A stretch of DNA of 64,000 nt from Paenimyroides ummariense. Its GTDB lineage: Bacteria > Bacteroidota > Bacteroidia > Flavobacteriales > Flavobacteriaceae. This document shows positions 19,124 through 28,724 of this stretch, one piece after another. Numbering within the stretch: position 1 is the first letter of the stretch; every line of letters begins with the position of its first letter. The stretch is from assembly GCA_040391585.1 (NCBI GenBank), contig JBEBXO010000002.1, positions 26,051 through 90,050 of the forward strand, given 5' to 3'. The notes under the pieces are model-generated. The model made no database searches and was not told the DNA's origin. It saw only the letters and a program-made list of their open reading frames with translations. Both the position numbers and the translations under genes were made by a program.

Positions 19124-20164
19124 CTAAAATTTTTCAAGCATGAAAAAATCTTTTAAAAAATTCCATATAACAATTGGATAAGCATAATTATACAAATTGT
19201 TAATTGTTGATGTTTGTTGGTTTGAAGTGAATTCAGATACGCTGATTTCGTAAAAATTAATATGCAGTTGTTGGTGCGATAATTTATGTTTAATGGTATT
19301 TGCCGTTACTTTTTTTATATTGTTGTTTGGATACAGTTGTGATAAATGCAGAAACAATTCTTCTTCGTTAGCTGTTGTGGTTTCTATAAGCGGAAGTTCA
19401 AACAATTGCTGCCAAATATCTTTTTCTGTTCGTTGCTGAATAGCAATTTCATTTTGATTTCTTAAAATAAGGTAATTTAAGTGTCGGTTTTTTACGCTGA
19501 TTTTTTTGTTTTTTACTGGTAATTGTGCTATTTTATTTTTCAGGAATGCATAGCAGTTTTCGTTAAAAATACAGGTGTTACATTGTGGGTTTGCAGGTAA
19601 ACAAACGGTTGCGCCAAAATCCATAATGGCATGGTTAAATAAATCGGGATCTTTTTTTGATATTAGTTCGTTTGCCAGATTTTGAAATATATTTCTGGTT
19701 TTTGTAATCGCGATATCATCATAAATGCCAAAAAATCGAGCCAGAACTCTAAATACATTTCCATCAACCACAGCAACCGGTTCTTTATATGCAAATGATG
19801 CTATTGCAGCTGCCGTGTATGGTCCAATGCCTTTTAGTTTAATAATTTCGTTATACGATTTCGGGAAATTACCATTGAGTTCATTATAAATGAATTGCGC
19901 TGTAAAATGTAAATTCCGTGCACGAGAATAGTAACCCAAACCCTGCCAAAGTTTTAAAACAGCATCTTCATTTGCAGTTGCTAAATCTTTTAATGTAGGA
20001 AATTCGTTTGTAAAAGATAGATAGTAAGGCAACCCTTGTTCAATACGAGTTTGTTGCAAAATAATTTCAGAAAGCCAAATATAGTAAGGGTTCACGGTGT
20101 TTCGCCACGGTAAACTTCGCTTATGTTTTTTATACCAATTAAGCAGTTGGTCGGTAAAGTTCAT
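19124..20164 (-). CDS. mutY: A/G-specific adenine glycosylase MutY
   Basis: HhH-GPD motif (LKGIGPYTAAAI). 4Fe-4S cluster loop C-x6-C-x2-C-x5-C (CLPANPQCNTCIFNENC). Start at 20164 (MNFTDQLL) is preferred over the track start at 20191. Confidence 0.85.
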   Translation of the reverse strand: MNFTDQLLNWYKKHKRSLPWRNTVNPYYIWLSEIILQQTRIEQGLPYYLSFTNEFPTLKDLATANEDAVLKLWQGLGYYSRARNLHFTAQFIYNELNGNFPKSYNEIIKLKGIGPYTAAAIASFAYKEPVAVVDGNVFRVLARFFGIYDDIAITKTRNIFQNLANELISKKDPDLFNHAIMDFGATVCLPANPQCNTCIFNENCYAFLKNKIAQLPVKNKKISVKNRHLNYLILRNQNEIAIQQRTEKDIWQQLFELPLIETTTANEEELFLHLSQLYPNNNIKKVTANTIKHKLSHQQLHINFYEISVSEFTSNQQTSTINNLYNYAYPIVIWNFLKDFFMLEKF

Positions 20165-20268
20165 CGGTAAATTTTGGTTACAAAGATACACGATAAAAGC
20201 CTGAATATTACCGTTAAAAAAGGGTTTAATTTAAAATATGTAACTTTGTAATAGTAGAAATTAAAAAA

Positions 20269-20715
20269 ATGAATATGTTAAAAATCAAGACGTACAGTCA
20301 AGAAAACAAACCTAATCAAAATGAAAAAGAAACAATTTTAAACTTTCTATTTAAAAATTTAGAGCAATACGGTGATCCAAAACAGGATATCGAAAAGTGC
20401 ATGAATTATGCGTTAAAAGAAACTCCGTCTTTCGGTGGTTTCATCGTTAGTGCATCATTAGAAAACAACGTTGTAGGAGCTGTAATTGTTAATGAAACTG
20501 GCATGAAAGATTATATTCCCGAGAATATTTTGGTTTACATTGCTACCGATGCCAACCAACGCGGAAAAGGTATTGGTAAAGCATTAATGCAACAGGCAAT
20601 TGATAAGGCTAAAGGAAATATTGCCCTGCATGTAGAACCAGACAACCCAGCAATAAAACTTTACGAAAAATTAGGTTTTACCAACAAGTATTTAGAAATG
20701 CGCTTAAACAAGTAA
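20269..20715 (+). CDS. GNAT family N-acetyltransferase
   Basis: Acetyl-CoA binding motif QRGKGIGKALM. Confidence 0.7.
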   Translation: MNMLKIKTYSQENKPNQNEKETILNFLFKNLEQYGDPKQDIEKCMNYALKETPSFGGFIVSASLENNVVGAVIVNETGMKDYIPENILVYIATDANQRGKGIGKALMQQAIDKAKGNIALHVEPDNPAIKLYEKLGFTNKYLEMRLNK

Positions 20716-20720
20716 TTGTT

Positions 20721-21791
20721 ATGGCGGTTATAACATTACATAAAGAACGGTTAAAATATAATTTTGAACGTTTAGACTATTTTTTTAAGCTAAATGAAAT
20801 TCAATGGTCGGTAGTTACTAAAATACTTTGCGGTAACGAACTATTCTTAAAAGAAGTTTTACGTTTAAAGCCCAATCAGGTGTGCGATTCTCGTGTGAGC
20901 AATTTAAAAGCTATCAAGAAAATTGATCCCAAAGTAGAGACTATTTACATAAAACCTACGCCCAAACGGTCGGTTGCTTCGGTGGTAAAATATGCCGATA
21001 TAAGCATGAATACCGATATTGAAACAATTAAACTGCTTTCTCACGAGGCACAAAAACAAAACAAAACTCACAAGATTATTATTATGATTGAACTGGGCGA
21101 GTTAAGAGAAGGTGTAATGCGTGAAGATGTAATATCGTTTTACGACCAAGTTTTTCAACTTAAAAATATAGAGGTTTTAGGTATTGGAACCAATCTTTCC
21201 TGTTTGTACGGAGTGCTTCCTAATACCGATAAATTAATTCAACTTTCACTTTACAAACAGTTAATCGAAGCGAAGTTCAACAAAAAAATACCTTGTGTTT
21301 CCGGAGGATCTTCCGTAACTATTCCGTTAATATTTCAAAACAAATTACCTGCCGGTGTAAATCATTTCAGGGTAGGGGAAACCCTTTATCAGGGAACCGA
21401 TGTTTATAAAGATGCACCCAGTAATTTGCTGAAACAAGATGTTTTTACACTAAAAGCAGAGATTATAGAACTTATAGAAAAACCTAAAGTTCCCGAAGGC
21501 GATTTTGGAACTAATTTAGAAGGAAAATCGTTTACGTTTGATGAGAAAGAAATCGGAAAAACATCATTCAGAGCCATTTTAGATTTGGGAATTTTAGATG
21601 TAGATCAGGCAAATATCTTTCCAAAAGATCAAAATATACGTTTTTTTGGCGCTAGTTCTGATATGATTATTGTTGATTTGCAAACAAACGATAAAAATTA
21701 TAAAGTTGGCGATTATTTAGAATTTACTTTAAATTATATGGGTGCTTTGCGCGCTATGAACTCATCATATATAGAAAAAGTAGTAGATTAA
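20721..21791 (+). CDS. alanine/ornithine racemase family PLP-dependent enzyme
   Basis: 356 aa. N-terminal PLP-lysine context (SVVTKILCGN) and a TIM-barrel plus beta-domain length typical of the Ala_racemase_N family. Confidence 0.6.
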   Translation: MAVITLHKERLKYNFERLDYFFKLNEIQWSVVTKILCGNELFLKEVLRLKPNQVCDSRVSNLKAIKKIDPKVETIYIKPTPKRSVASVVKYADISMNTDIETIKLLSHEAQKQNKTHKIIIMIELGELREGVMREDVISFYDQVFQLKNIEVLGIGTNLSCLYGVLPNTDKLIQLSLYKQLIEAKFNKKIPCVSGGSSVTIPLIFQNKLPAGVNHFRVGETLYQGTDVYKDAPSNLLKQDVFTLKAEIIELIEKPKVPEGDFGTNLEGKSFTFDEKEIGKTSFRAILDLGILDVDQANIFPKDQNIRFFGASSDMIIVDLQTNDKNYKVGDYLEFTLNYMGALRAMNSSYIEKVVD

Positions 21792-21928
21792 TCAATTAAT
21801 TTTGGTGTGTTGAACAAAAAGGATTTGTTATTTCATTAAAATTTAATGTTTTGAAATGTAGATATTATAATAAAATTAATATATTTGCAAACTCAAAAAC
21901 AGACAACAAATTAATTTATAAACAGATA

Positions 21929-22219
21929 ATGACTAAAGCAGACATTGTAGCTAAAATTTCAGAGAAATTAGGGCTTGAGAAAGGTGACGTGCAGGCAACT
22001 GTTGAATCTTTCATGGAGGAAGTAAAATCTTCTTTAGAAAGTGGAGATAACGTATATTTAAGAGGTTTTGGTAGTTTTATTATTAAAACTAGAGCAGAAA
22101 AAACAGGAAGAAACATCTCTAAAAATACAACAATTAAAATCCCTGCTCACAACATTCCGGCTTTTAAACCAGCTAAAGTGTTCGTAGAAGGTGTTAAAAC
22201 AAACACAGACGTAAAATAA
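21929..22219 (+). CDS. HU/IHF family DNA-binding protein
   Basis: 96 aa from ATG 21929. Signature RGFGSF...R..R.GRN..T......IPA....FKP. A TATATTTG box lies at 21890-21897. The track start at 21851 is an unlikely TTG extension. Confidence 0.85.
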   Translation: MTKADIVAKISEKLGLEKGDVQATVESFMEEVKSSLESGDNVYLRGFGSFIIKTRAEKTGRNISKNTTIKIPAHNIPAFKPAKVFVEGVKTNTDVK

Positions 22220-22248
22220 ATAATTACTAACTTAAAAACTACAAGATT

Positions 22249-22341
22249 ATGCCAAGTGGTAAAAAAAGAAAAAGACATAAGGTAGCTACGCACAAACGTA
22301 AAAAAAGAGCGAGAGCTAACCGTCACAAAAAGAAAAAGTAG
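22249..22341 (+). CDS. 30-aa Lys/Arg-rich peptide, bS22 (AURKAIP1/COX24-like) ribosomal protein candidate
   Basis: ATG 22249 to TAG 22341 encodes MPSGKKRKRHKVATHKRKKRARANRHKKKK. Followed at once by the hairpin agtagttt/aaactact plus a T-run. Too short for the ORF track. Confidence 0.6.
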   Translation: MPSGKKRKRHKVATHKRKKRARANRHKKKK

Positions 22342-22470
22342 TTTAAAACTACTTTTTCTTTTATTACAAATTAAAAAGTTCTTTGAAAAATCTTTTAAAT
22401 ACACTTTAAAAGATCGGGTAATACCTGTTTAATGTTTAATCCATCTGTTCGCTTTGGCGAATGGATAAAA

Positions 22471-24027
22471 ATGTACCAAGTGAACAAAGAGTTAATTATT
22501 AGGTCTGGTTCCAATACAGTAGATTTTGCCTTATTAAAAGATGGAAAATTAATAGAACTGCACAGAGATAGGGAAGACGAAAAAGGTTTTTCGGTGGGCG
22601 ATATTTTTATAGCAAAAATTCGCAAACCTGTTCCTGGCTTAAACGCGGCTTTTGTAAATGTTGGTTTCGATAAAGATGCCTTTTTACATTACCACGATTT
22701 GGGTCCAAACCTACCTACCTTAATGAAGTTCACAAAACTTGTAACTGCAGGTAAATTAAATGATTTCACTCTTAAGAAATTTCCTTTTGAAACTGAAATA
22801 GACAAAAACGGCGTAATAAACGATGTGTTAAGCGCCAACCAGTCGGTTTTAGTACAAATAGTTAAAGAACCTATATCAACCAAAGGTCCGCGTATCAGTT
22901 CAGAACTGTCGTTGGCAGGTAGGTATCTGGTGTTGGTTCCTTTTTCTGAACGCGTTTCGATCTCACAAAAAATCGATTCAAAACAAGAAAAAGAGCGTCT
23001 TAAAAAAATGATGTTAACTATTAAACCAAAAGGTTTCGGAGTTATTGTACGAACAGTAGCCGAAGGCAAAAACGTTACAGAATTAGAAAAAGACTTGCAA
23101 GGTTTAATGGACAAATGGATCCTGCTTTGCAAACGTTTAACTACAGCACATCATCCTTCAAAAGTTTTTGGCGAAGTAAACAGAGCATCAAGTATTTTAC
23201 GCGATGTTTTTAACGATACTTTTACCGGAATTCATATCGATGATGAAGAACTGTACTACCAAACGAAGGACTATCTGCAAGAAATAGCCCCTTCAAAAGT
23301 TTCCATTGTAAAGCATTATAACAACAAAGAAGTACCGTTGTTTGAAAAATACCATATTGAACGACAAATTAAAACTTCATTCGGTAAAACCGTATCTATG
23401 AGCAAAGGAGCCTACTTAATCATAGAACATACCGAAGCTTTGCATGTTATCGATGTAAACAGCGGAAACCGCTCTAACAAAGCTCAATCTCAAGAGGACA
23501 CAGCTCTTGAAGTAAATATGATCGCCGCATCAGAAATTGCACGCCAGTTAAGATTGCGCGATATGGGCGGAATTATTGTTGTTGATTTTATAGACATGAG
23601 TAATCCCGAAAATCGTAAAGTTTTATACGATTTCCTAAAAGAAGAAATGAGCGATGATAAAGCAAAACACAAAATCTTGCCTCCTAGTAAATTTGGATTA
23701 ATTCAAATTACTAGACAAAGAGTTAGACCTGAAGTTTCTATCAAAACAAAAGAAGAAAACCCTGACCATAACGGTGAAGGAGAAATAGAGGCTCCGATTT
23801 TAGTTATTGATAAAATATCAGCTGACCTAGAACGAATTATTAAAGACCATAAAAGTTTGGTTTTAAATGCGCATCCTTTTATAGCTGCGTATCTCACAAA
23901 AGGTTTTCCGTCGGTACGTGCCAAGTGGTTTTTAGAACACAAACGCTGGATTAAAATTGTACCCCGTGATGCCTACACGTATTTAGAATACCATTTCTTT
24001 GACAAACAAGGAAACCAGATTGAATAG
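22471..24027 (+). CDS. rng: ribonuclease G/E family (Rne/Rng)
   Basis: S1-like N-terminus. Catalytic region VIDVNSG and IIVVDFIDM. Start at ATG 22471 (MYQVNKELII) is preferred over 22432. Confidence 0.85.
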   Translation: MYQVNKELIIRSGSNTVDFALLKDGKLIELHRDREDEKGFSVGDIFIAKIRKPVPGLNAAFVNVGFDKDAFLHYHDLGPNLPTLMKFTKLVTAGKLNDFTLKKFPFETEIDKNGVINDVLSANQSVLVQIVKEPISTKGPRISSELSLAGRYLVLVPFSERVSISQKIDSKQEKERLKKMMLTIKPKGFGVIVRTVAEGKNVTELEKDLQGLMDKWILLCKRLTTAHHPSKVFGEVNRASSILRDVFNDTFTGIHIDDEELYYQTKDYLQEIAPSKVSIVKHYNNKEVPLFEKYHIERQIKTSFGKTVSMSKGAYLIIEHTEALHVIDVNSGNRSNKAQSQEDTALEVNMIAASEIARQLRLRDMGGIIVVDFIDMSNPENRKVLYDFLKEEMSDDKAKHKILPPSKFGLIQITRQRVRPEVSIKTKEENPDHNGEGEIEAPILVIDKISADLERIIKDHKSLVLNAHPFIAAYLTKGFPSVRAKWFLEHKRWIKIVPRDAYTYLEYHFFDKQGNQIE

Positions 24028-24031
24028 CAAC

Positions 24032-24061
24032 AAGCCGAACATAATTGTTCGGCTTTTTTTA
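24032..24061 (+). terminator. rho-independent terminator
   Basis: aagccgaac / gttcggctt stem followed by T7. Confidence 0.7.
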
Positions 24062-24170
24062 TGGGCTGTTTTTTAAACGCTTACTATAACTTACTTTTTT
24101 AGTTAATAATTTTGTAAAATGAAATAAATGGTTAAATTTGTTTAAACAGTTATAAAAAAATAAATATTTT

Positions 24171-24779
24171 ATGAAAAAAATTACCTTAACCTTATTAGGT
24201 TTGGTTGCGTTCTCTACAAGTGCATTGGCGCAACAAGAAGTGAAGTTTGGTCCAAAAGCAGGGGTTAACTTTGCTAATTTATCTGGAGTAGATGATAGTG
24301 AAATGAAAATAGGTTTTCATGTGGGGGCTGTTGCAGAAATTAAATTTAATGACAAGTTTTCTATTCAGCCTGAAATTATTTATTCGTCTCAAGGAGCAAA
24401 ATATACCACCGCATTAATACCAAATGGGACAGTAGAATCAAAAATCAATAACGATTATGTAAATGTGCCAATTATGGCTAAGTATTATATTGTTGAGGGT
24501 TTTTCTGCTGAATTGGGACCGTATGTTGGTTTCTTAGTAAAATCGGAAGGGAAAATTGGCGATAACACTATAGACTTAAAAGATGGGTATAAATCAGTTG
24601 ATTTTGGTTTAGGTGTTGGTTTAACTTACGATTTACCTATGGGAGTTTTTGTTGGGGCACGTTTGAATGCAGGTTTGTCAAAAATTAATGAGGATATATC
24701 TGTAGGAAACGTTGCAATTGAAACAGATGATGTTAAAAATATGCCTGTAATCCAAGTTTCTGTTGGTTACAAATTTTAA
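24171..24779 (+). CDS. outer membrane beta-barrel (porin family, OMP_b-brl_2-like) protein
   Basis: Signal peptide, alternating beta-strand pattern, C-terminal ...VSVGYKF. Confidence 0.7.
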   Translation: MKKITLTLLGLVAFSTSALAQQEVKFGPKAGVNFANLSGVDDSEMKIGFHVGAVAEIKFNDKFSIQPEIIYSSQGAKYTTALIPNGTVESKINNDYVNVPIMAKYYIVEGFSAELGPYVGFLVKSEGKIGDNTIDLKDGYKSVDFGLGVGLTYDLPMGVFVGARLNAGLSKINEDISVGNVAIETDDVKNMPVIQVSVGYKF

Positions 24780-24955
24780 TTAAAATAATACTATATATTT
24801 TAACCCTGCTTAAGTTTAACTTTTGCAGGGTTTTTTATTAAAAATGTAGAAAAAAGTAACACTTTAAAAACTTCGCTACTAGCGTTTTTATGTTATTTTT
24901 AAGTAACTTCGGGCTTGGTTTAAAATTTGATAATTCTTCATAAAAGCCCAATAAT

Positions 24956-25549
24956 ATGAAAAAATTCCCTAAAATGATCGTTGCCTTATTTACAGTGTTT
25001 CTAGCAGCAAATACCGTACAGGCACAAGAGTTTTCGGTTGGACCCAAAGTAGGGTACAACAATGCAAAACTAGAAGGTAAAAGTTTTTCTGCATTCCACG
25101 ATAATAATTCCATTAACGGATACCACGTAGGTTTGTTTACCGAAATTCGTTTTAATAAATTCGCAATTCAACCCGAAGTGTACTACTCAAGCGAAGGTGG
25201 TAAGTGGAAAGCTTCATTAGATAATGCTACCATTGAGCACGATTTTAATTTAGATTACGTGAATGTGCCGTTAATGCTTAAGTATTACCTTACTAATAGT
25301 TTAGCAATAGAAGCAGGTCCGCAAGCCGGATTTTTAACCGCTTCTAAAATGAGCTTTTCTGATTTAGATCCCGATAGCCCTAAATTTAACGATTTTAATT
25401 TTTCTGTAAATGTAGGTTTAAGTCTTAATTTGCCACTAAACTTAATGCTTTCGGCGAGATATAATGCTGGTTTAACCGATGTTACGGATCATCCTGAAGT
25501 TGATTGGAAAAACCGTGTTATGCAGCTTTCGTTAGGCTACAAGTTTTAA
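24956..25549 (+). CDS. outer membrane beta-barrel protein (tandem paralog)
   Basis: Collinear similarity to 24171..24779 (GPKxGxNxA, QPExxYSSxG, DYVNVPxMxKYY, C-terminal SLGYKF). Confidence 0.7.
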   Translation: MKKFPKMIVALFTVFLAANTVQAQEFSVGPKVGYNNAKLEGKSFSAFHDNNSINGYHVGLFTEIRFNKFAIQPEVYYSSEGGKWKASLDNATIEHDFNLDYVNVPLMLKYYLTNSLAIEAGPQAGFLTASKMSFSDLDPDSPKFNDFNFSVNVGLSLNLPLNLMLSARYNAGLTDVTDHPEVDWKNRVMQLSLGYKF

Positions 25550-25566
25550 ATAAAATTTATAACTGT

Positions 25567-25616
25567 CATTCTGAACGAAGTGAAGAATCTTTGAGGTTTT
25601 TACTTCGTTCAGAATG
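25567..25616. repeat. perfect 15-bp-stem palindromic hairpin element
   Basis: cattctgaacgaagt (25567-25581) pairs with acttcgttcagaatg (25602-25616) around a 20-nt loop. Shares the core gtcattc.ga..gaa.tgaa...gaagaatct with the element at 45729..45806. Confidence 0.7.
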
Positions 25617-25873
25617 GTAATTTTTACAATTTTTGTGTTTGAAAACCTAGTTCGATTATGAATTTTTAAGAACATCAAAATAAAAAATCTGTATAAAGAA
25701 CTAAATGATTAGTTTTTTAGAGTTCATTTTGTCAAGCTTAACTTGATTAAGCTTTTTATAAATATTTTAAATTAAAGTAAATGAGATTAGCTTGTTCGCA
25801 AGTTATACGACATTTTAATGCCAAAACTTCGTTTCAACGATAAATAAGTTTTAAATTTGATAAAAGGTTTAAA

Positions 25874-26110
25874 ATGAATACGGAATTACAAATACAAAAT
25901 AAGAAACTTGAATTAATCCAATTATTATCAACGATTGAAGATTTAAGTTTTTTGGAGAAAATATCAGATTTAATTTCTCATGAAAGAAAAAAAGATTGGT
26001 GGAATGAAATTTCTGATGCAGAAAAAGAATCTATTGAAAAAGGGATTGCCCAAGCTGATTCAGGAAAATTAAATCCACATTCAAAAGCTAGAGAAATCTA
26101 TGGAAAATGA
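25874..26110 (+). CDS. type II antitoxin (addiction-module component, partner of RelE/ParE)
   Basis: 78 aa. Collinear similarity to the antitoxin at 39045..39284 (N-terminal LxLIxxLxxxxDxSFxEKI). Overlaps the downstream toxin frame by 11 nt. Confidence 0.6.
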   Translation: MNTELQIQNKKLELIQLLSTIEDLSFLEKISDLISHERKKDWWNEISDAEKESIEKGIAQADSGKLNPHSKAREIYGK

Positions 26111-26399
26111 TTATGAAATTATTTGGACTGATTTAGCTTTAGAAGAACTTCAAGAAACAGTTGAATATCTTGAAGTAAAATTTACAAATAAGGAAAAAGA
26201 AAAGTTGGGCGATTAAATTGAAAGAATATTATCAATTATAATTCACAACCCAAATATTTTTCCATTATCGGACACGAAAAAAGTTAGAAAAGCTATAATT
26301 CTTAAATATAATGCCATGTATTACAGAATTATTGAAAACGAAATTCAAATTCTATCATTCTTTTCCAATAGACAAAATCCTACCAAAAGGAAAATATAA
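26100..26399 (+). pseudogene. RelE/ParE family toxin interrupted by one in-frame TAA
   Basis: The frame from ATG 26100 reads MENDYEIIWTDLALEEL...KLGD, then TAA (26214-26216), then continues in the same frame as IERILSIIIHNP...SNRQNPTKRKI to 26399. Both halves align collinearly with the intact toxin at 38726..39043. Confidence 0.75.
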
Positions 26400-26457
26400 A
26401 AACGTCGCATAGTATTGGCTAAATGTTCGGGGGAAGGCAGGATTATATTACGATGTT

Positions 26458-26892
26458 TTATCTCTTTTTCTGAAACAAATCGACCATTAAGTTTTTACAA
26501 TCTTCTTCTAAAACACCGTAAATTATTTCAGTTTTCGGGTGTAATTGTCCACCCATGGTTTCAAAACCACGTTTATTATCACGCGCGCCTACCACAATTT
26601 TAGAAATCTGACTCCAATACAACGCACCTGCACACATTTGGCAAGGCTCAACAGTTAAATATAAGGTACAGTTTTTTAAATATTTGCCACCAATGGCATT
26701 TGCAGCGGCTGTAATAGCCTGCATTTCGGCATGTGCTGTTACATCGTTCAAATTTTCGGTTAAATTGTGTGTTTTAGCAATAATAGAATTGTTTGCAACA
26801 ATAACCGCTCCAATAGGAATTTCGTCTTTTAAAAGTGCTTCCCTGGCTTCATTTAAAGCAATCCGCATAAAGTATTCGTCATTCAAAACCAT
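26458..26892 (-). CDS. tadA: tRNA adenosine(34) deaminase TadA
   Basis: CDA zinc motifs HAEMQAI and PCQMCAGAL in a 144-aa protein. Confidence 0.85.
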   Translation of the reverse strand: MVLNDEYFMRIALNEAREALLKDEIPIGAVIVANNSIIAKTHNLTENLNDVTAHAEMQAITAAANAIGGKYLKNCTLYLTVEPCQMCAGALYWSQISKIVVGARDNKRGFETMGGQLHPKTEIIYGVLEEDCKNLMVDLFQKKR

Positions 26893-26960
26893 TTCAATCC
26901 GTAAATTATTCGTTCAAAAATAAGATATTATTGTAAATTTGTTTCAAAATTTAAAGTTTA

Positions 26961-28724
26961 ATGCCTGCAATTTTACCAACCATTCAATTTCCTGCCGATT
27001 TAAAATCGAAAACCTTGGAACAGCTACAGCAGCTAGCAAGTGAAATTCGTGGGTTCATTGTTGATGTGGTTTCGGTAAATGGTGGTCATTTAGGTGCAAG
27101 TCTGGGTGTTGTAGAATTAACCATTGCCTTACATTATGTGTTTGATACACCTATTGATAAACTGGTTTGGGATGTGGGACATCAGGCGTATGTGCACAAA
27201 ATTTTAACGGGCCGTAAAGCCGATTTTGAAACCAACCGAAAAAAAGACGGTATAAGCGGATTTCCTAAAATTAATGAAAGTGCATACGATGCTTTTGGCG
27301 TAGGGCATTCGTCTACTTCTATATCGGCAGCTTTAGGTATGGCTATTGCAGATAAGCTTAAAGGTAAAAATAATCAGCATATTGCTGTAATTGGTGATGC
27401 TTCCATTGCTTCGGGAATGGCGTTTGAAGCTTTAAATCATGCAGGAGTTACAGAAGCCAATTTAATTGTTGTGTTAAACGATAATGCTATTGGTATCGAT
27501 CCAAGCGTAGGGGCATTGAAAACTTATTTAATGCAGGTAAAGCAAGGCGAAAATCACAAGAGCAACAACATGATTAAGTCGTTAAATTTTAATTACGTTG
27601 GACCAATTGACGGACATGATTTAAAATCATTGATTCATGAGTTACAACGATTAAAAACCAAAAATGGTCCGCAGTTTTTGCATATTATAACAACCAAAGG
27701 TAAAGGTTTAAAGCAAGCCGAAGAAAATCAAGTATTGTATCACGCGCCAGGAAAATTTGATAAAGTTACAGGCGATTTGCTTCAAAATGACACACAAAAG
27801 TTTACAAAATACCAAGATGTTTTTGGGTTGACCTTATTGGAGTTAGCTCAACAAAATCCCAGAATATTTGCCATAACACCAGCCATGCCTACTGGTAGTT
27901 CATTAAAATACATGATGGACGCATTTCCTGAACGCGCTATAGACGTTGGTATTGCCGAACAACATGCGGTTACTTTGGCGGCGGGTATTTCGTTAAGTAG
28001 CTTTACTGTTTTTTGTGCCATTTATTCTACCTTTTTACAACGCGCTTACGACCAATTAATTCACGATGTAGCTTTACAACACATTCCTGTTGTTTTCTGT
28101 ATAGATCGTGCAGGACTTGTAGGTGAAGATGGGGCAACGCATCAAGGAGTTTTTGATATTGCTTATTTAAACCTTGTACCGAATCTTACTATTTTAGCTC
28201 CAAAAGATGCCGTAGAATTGCGTCAAACATTGTTTACGTTGCAAAATAATACGTCAACACCTGTTGCAGTTCGTTATCCACGTGGATACTCATCTGTAGA
28301 AAATTGGAAAGTCCCTTTTGTAAAGATCGATTTTTCAAAAATTCAACCAATAAAAAAAGGAAAAAAAGCAGCTGTTTTTTCAACAGGAACCATTTTAGAA
28401 AATGTTTTAAAGGCTTTGAATTTTGACACAGATTATTTTGCAGCTTATCATTTCTTACAGATAAAACCTTTAAACGAAACAGAAATTCTGAATATTATTA
28501 AAGATTTTGAAACCATAGTTACTGTTGAAGAAGGCGTTATTAATGGTGGTTTTGGCAGTCTTATTAATCAGATTATCCTAGCGAACAATATAAAAGTGAA
28601 AGTTATAAATTTAGGCGTTCCCGATGTTTTTATTGAGCATGCAACTGTTAATGAACAATTGAAAAAGTGTGGATTAGATGTGGAATCTATGCAACGCCTA
28701 TTTAAAAAAATACGTAATGTTTAA
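26961..28724 (+). CDS. dxs: 1-deoxy-D-xylulose-5-phosphate synthase
   Basis: 587 aa. TPP-binding GDASIASGMAFEALNHAG...NDN and DXS-specific GGHLGASLGVVELT. Confidence 0.9.
   Translation: MPAILPTIQFPADLKSKTLEQLQQLASEIRGFIVDVVSVNGGHLGASLGVVELTIALHYVFDTPIDKLVWDVGHQAYVHKILTGRKADFETNRKKDGISGFPKINESAYDAFGVGHSSTSISAALGMAIADKLKGKNNQHIAVIGDASIASGMAFEALNHAGVTEANLIVVLNDNAIGIDPSVGALKTYLMQVKQGENHKSNNMIKSLNFNYVGPIDGHDLKSLIHELQRLKTKNGPQFLHIITTKGKGLKQAEENQVLYHAPGKFDKVTGDLLQNDTQKFTKYQDVFGLTLLELAQQNPRIFAITPAMPTGSSLKYMMDAFPERAIDVGIAEQHAVTLAAGISLSSFTVFCAIYSTFLQRAYDQLIHDVALQHIPVVFCIDRAGLVGEDGATHQGVFDIAYLNLVPNLTILAPKDAVELRQTLFTLQNNTSTPVAVRYPRGYSSVENWKVPFVKIDFSKIQPIKKGKKAAVFSTGTILENVLKALNFDTDYFAAYHFLQIKPLNETEILNIIKDFETIVTVEEGVINGGFGSLINQIILANNIKVKVINLGVPDVFIEHATVNEQLKKCGLDVESMQRLFKKIRNV

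Noticed and set aside
21851-21928. The N-terminal 26-aa extension of the HU gene in the ORF track.
   Set aside because: It starts at a TTG and overlaps the TATATTTG promoter box at 21890-21897. HU-family proteins are about 90-100 aa, which matches the ATG at 21929.
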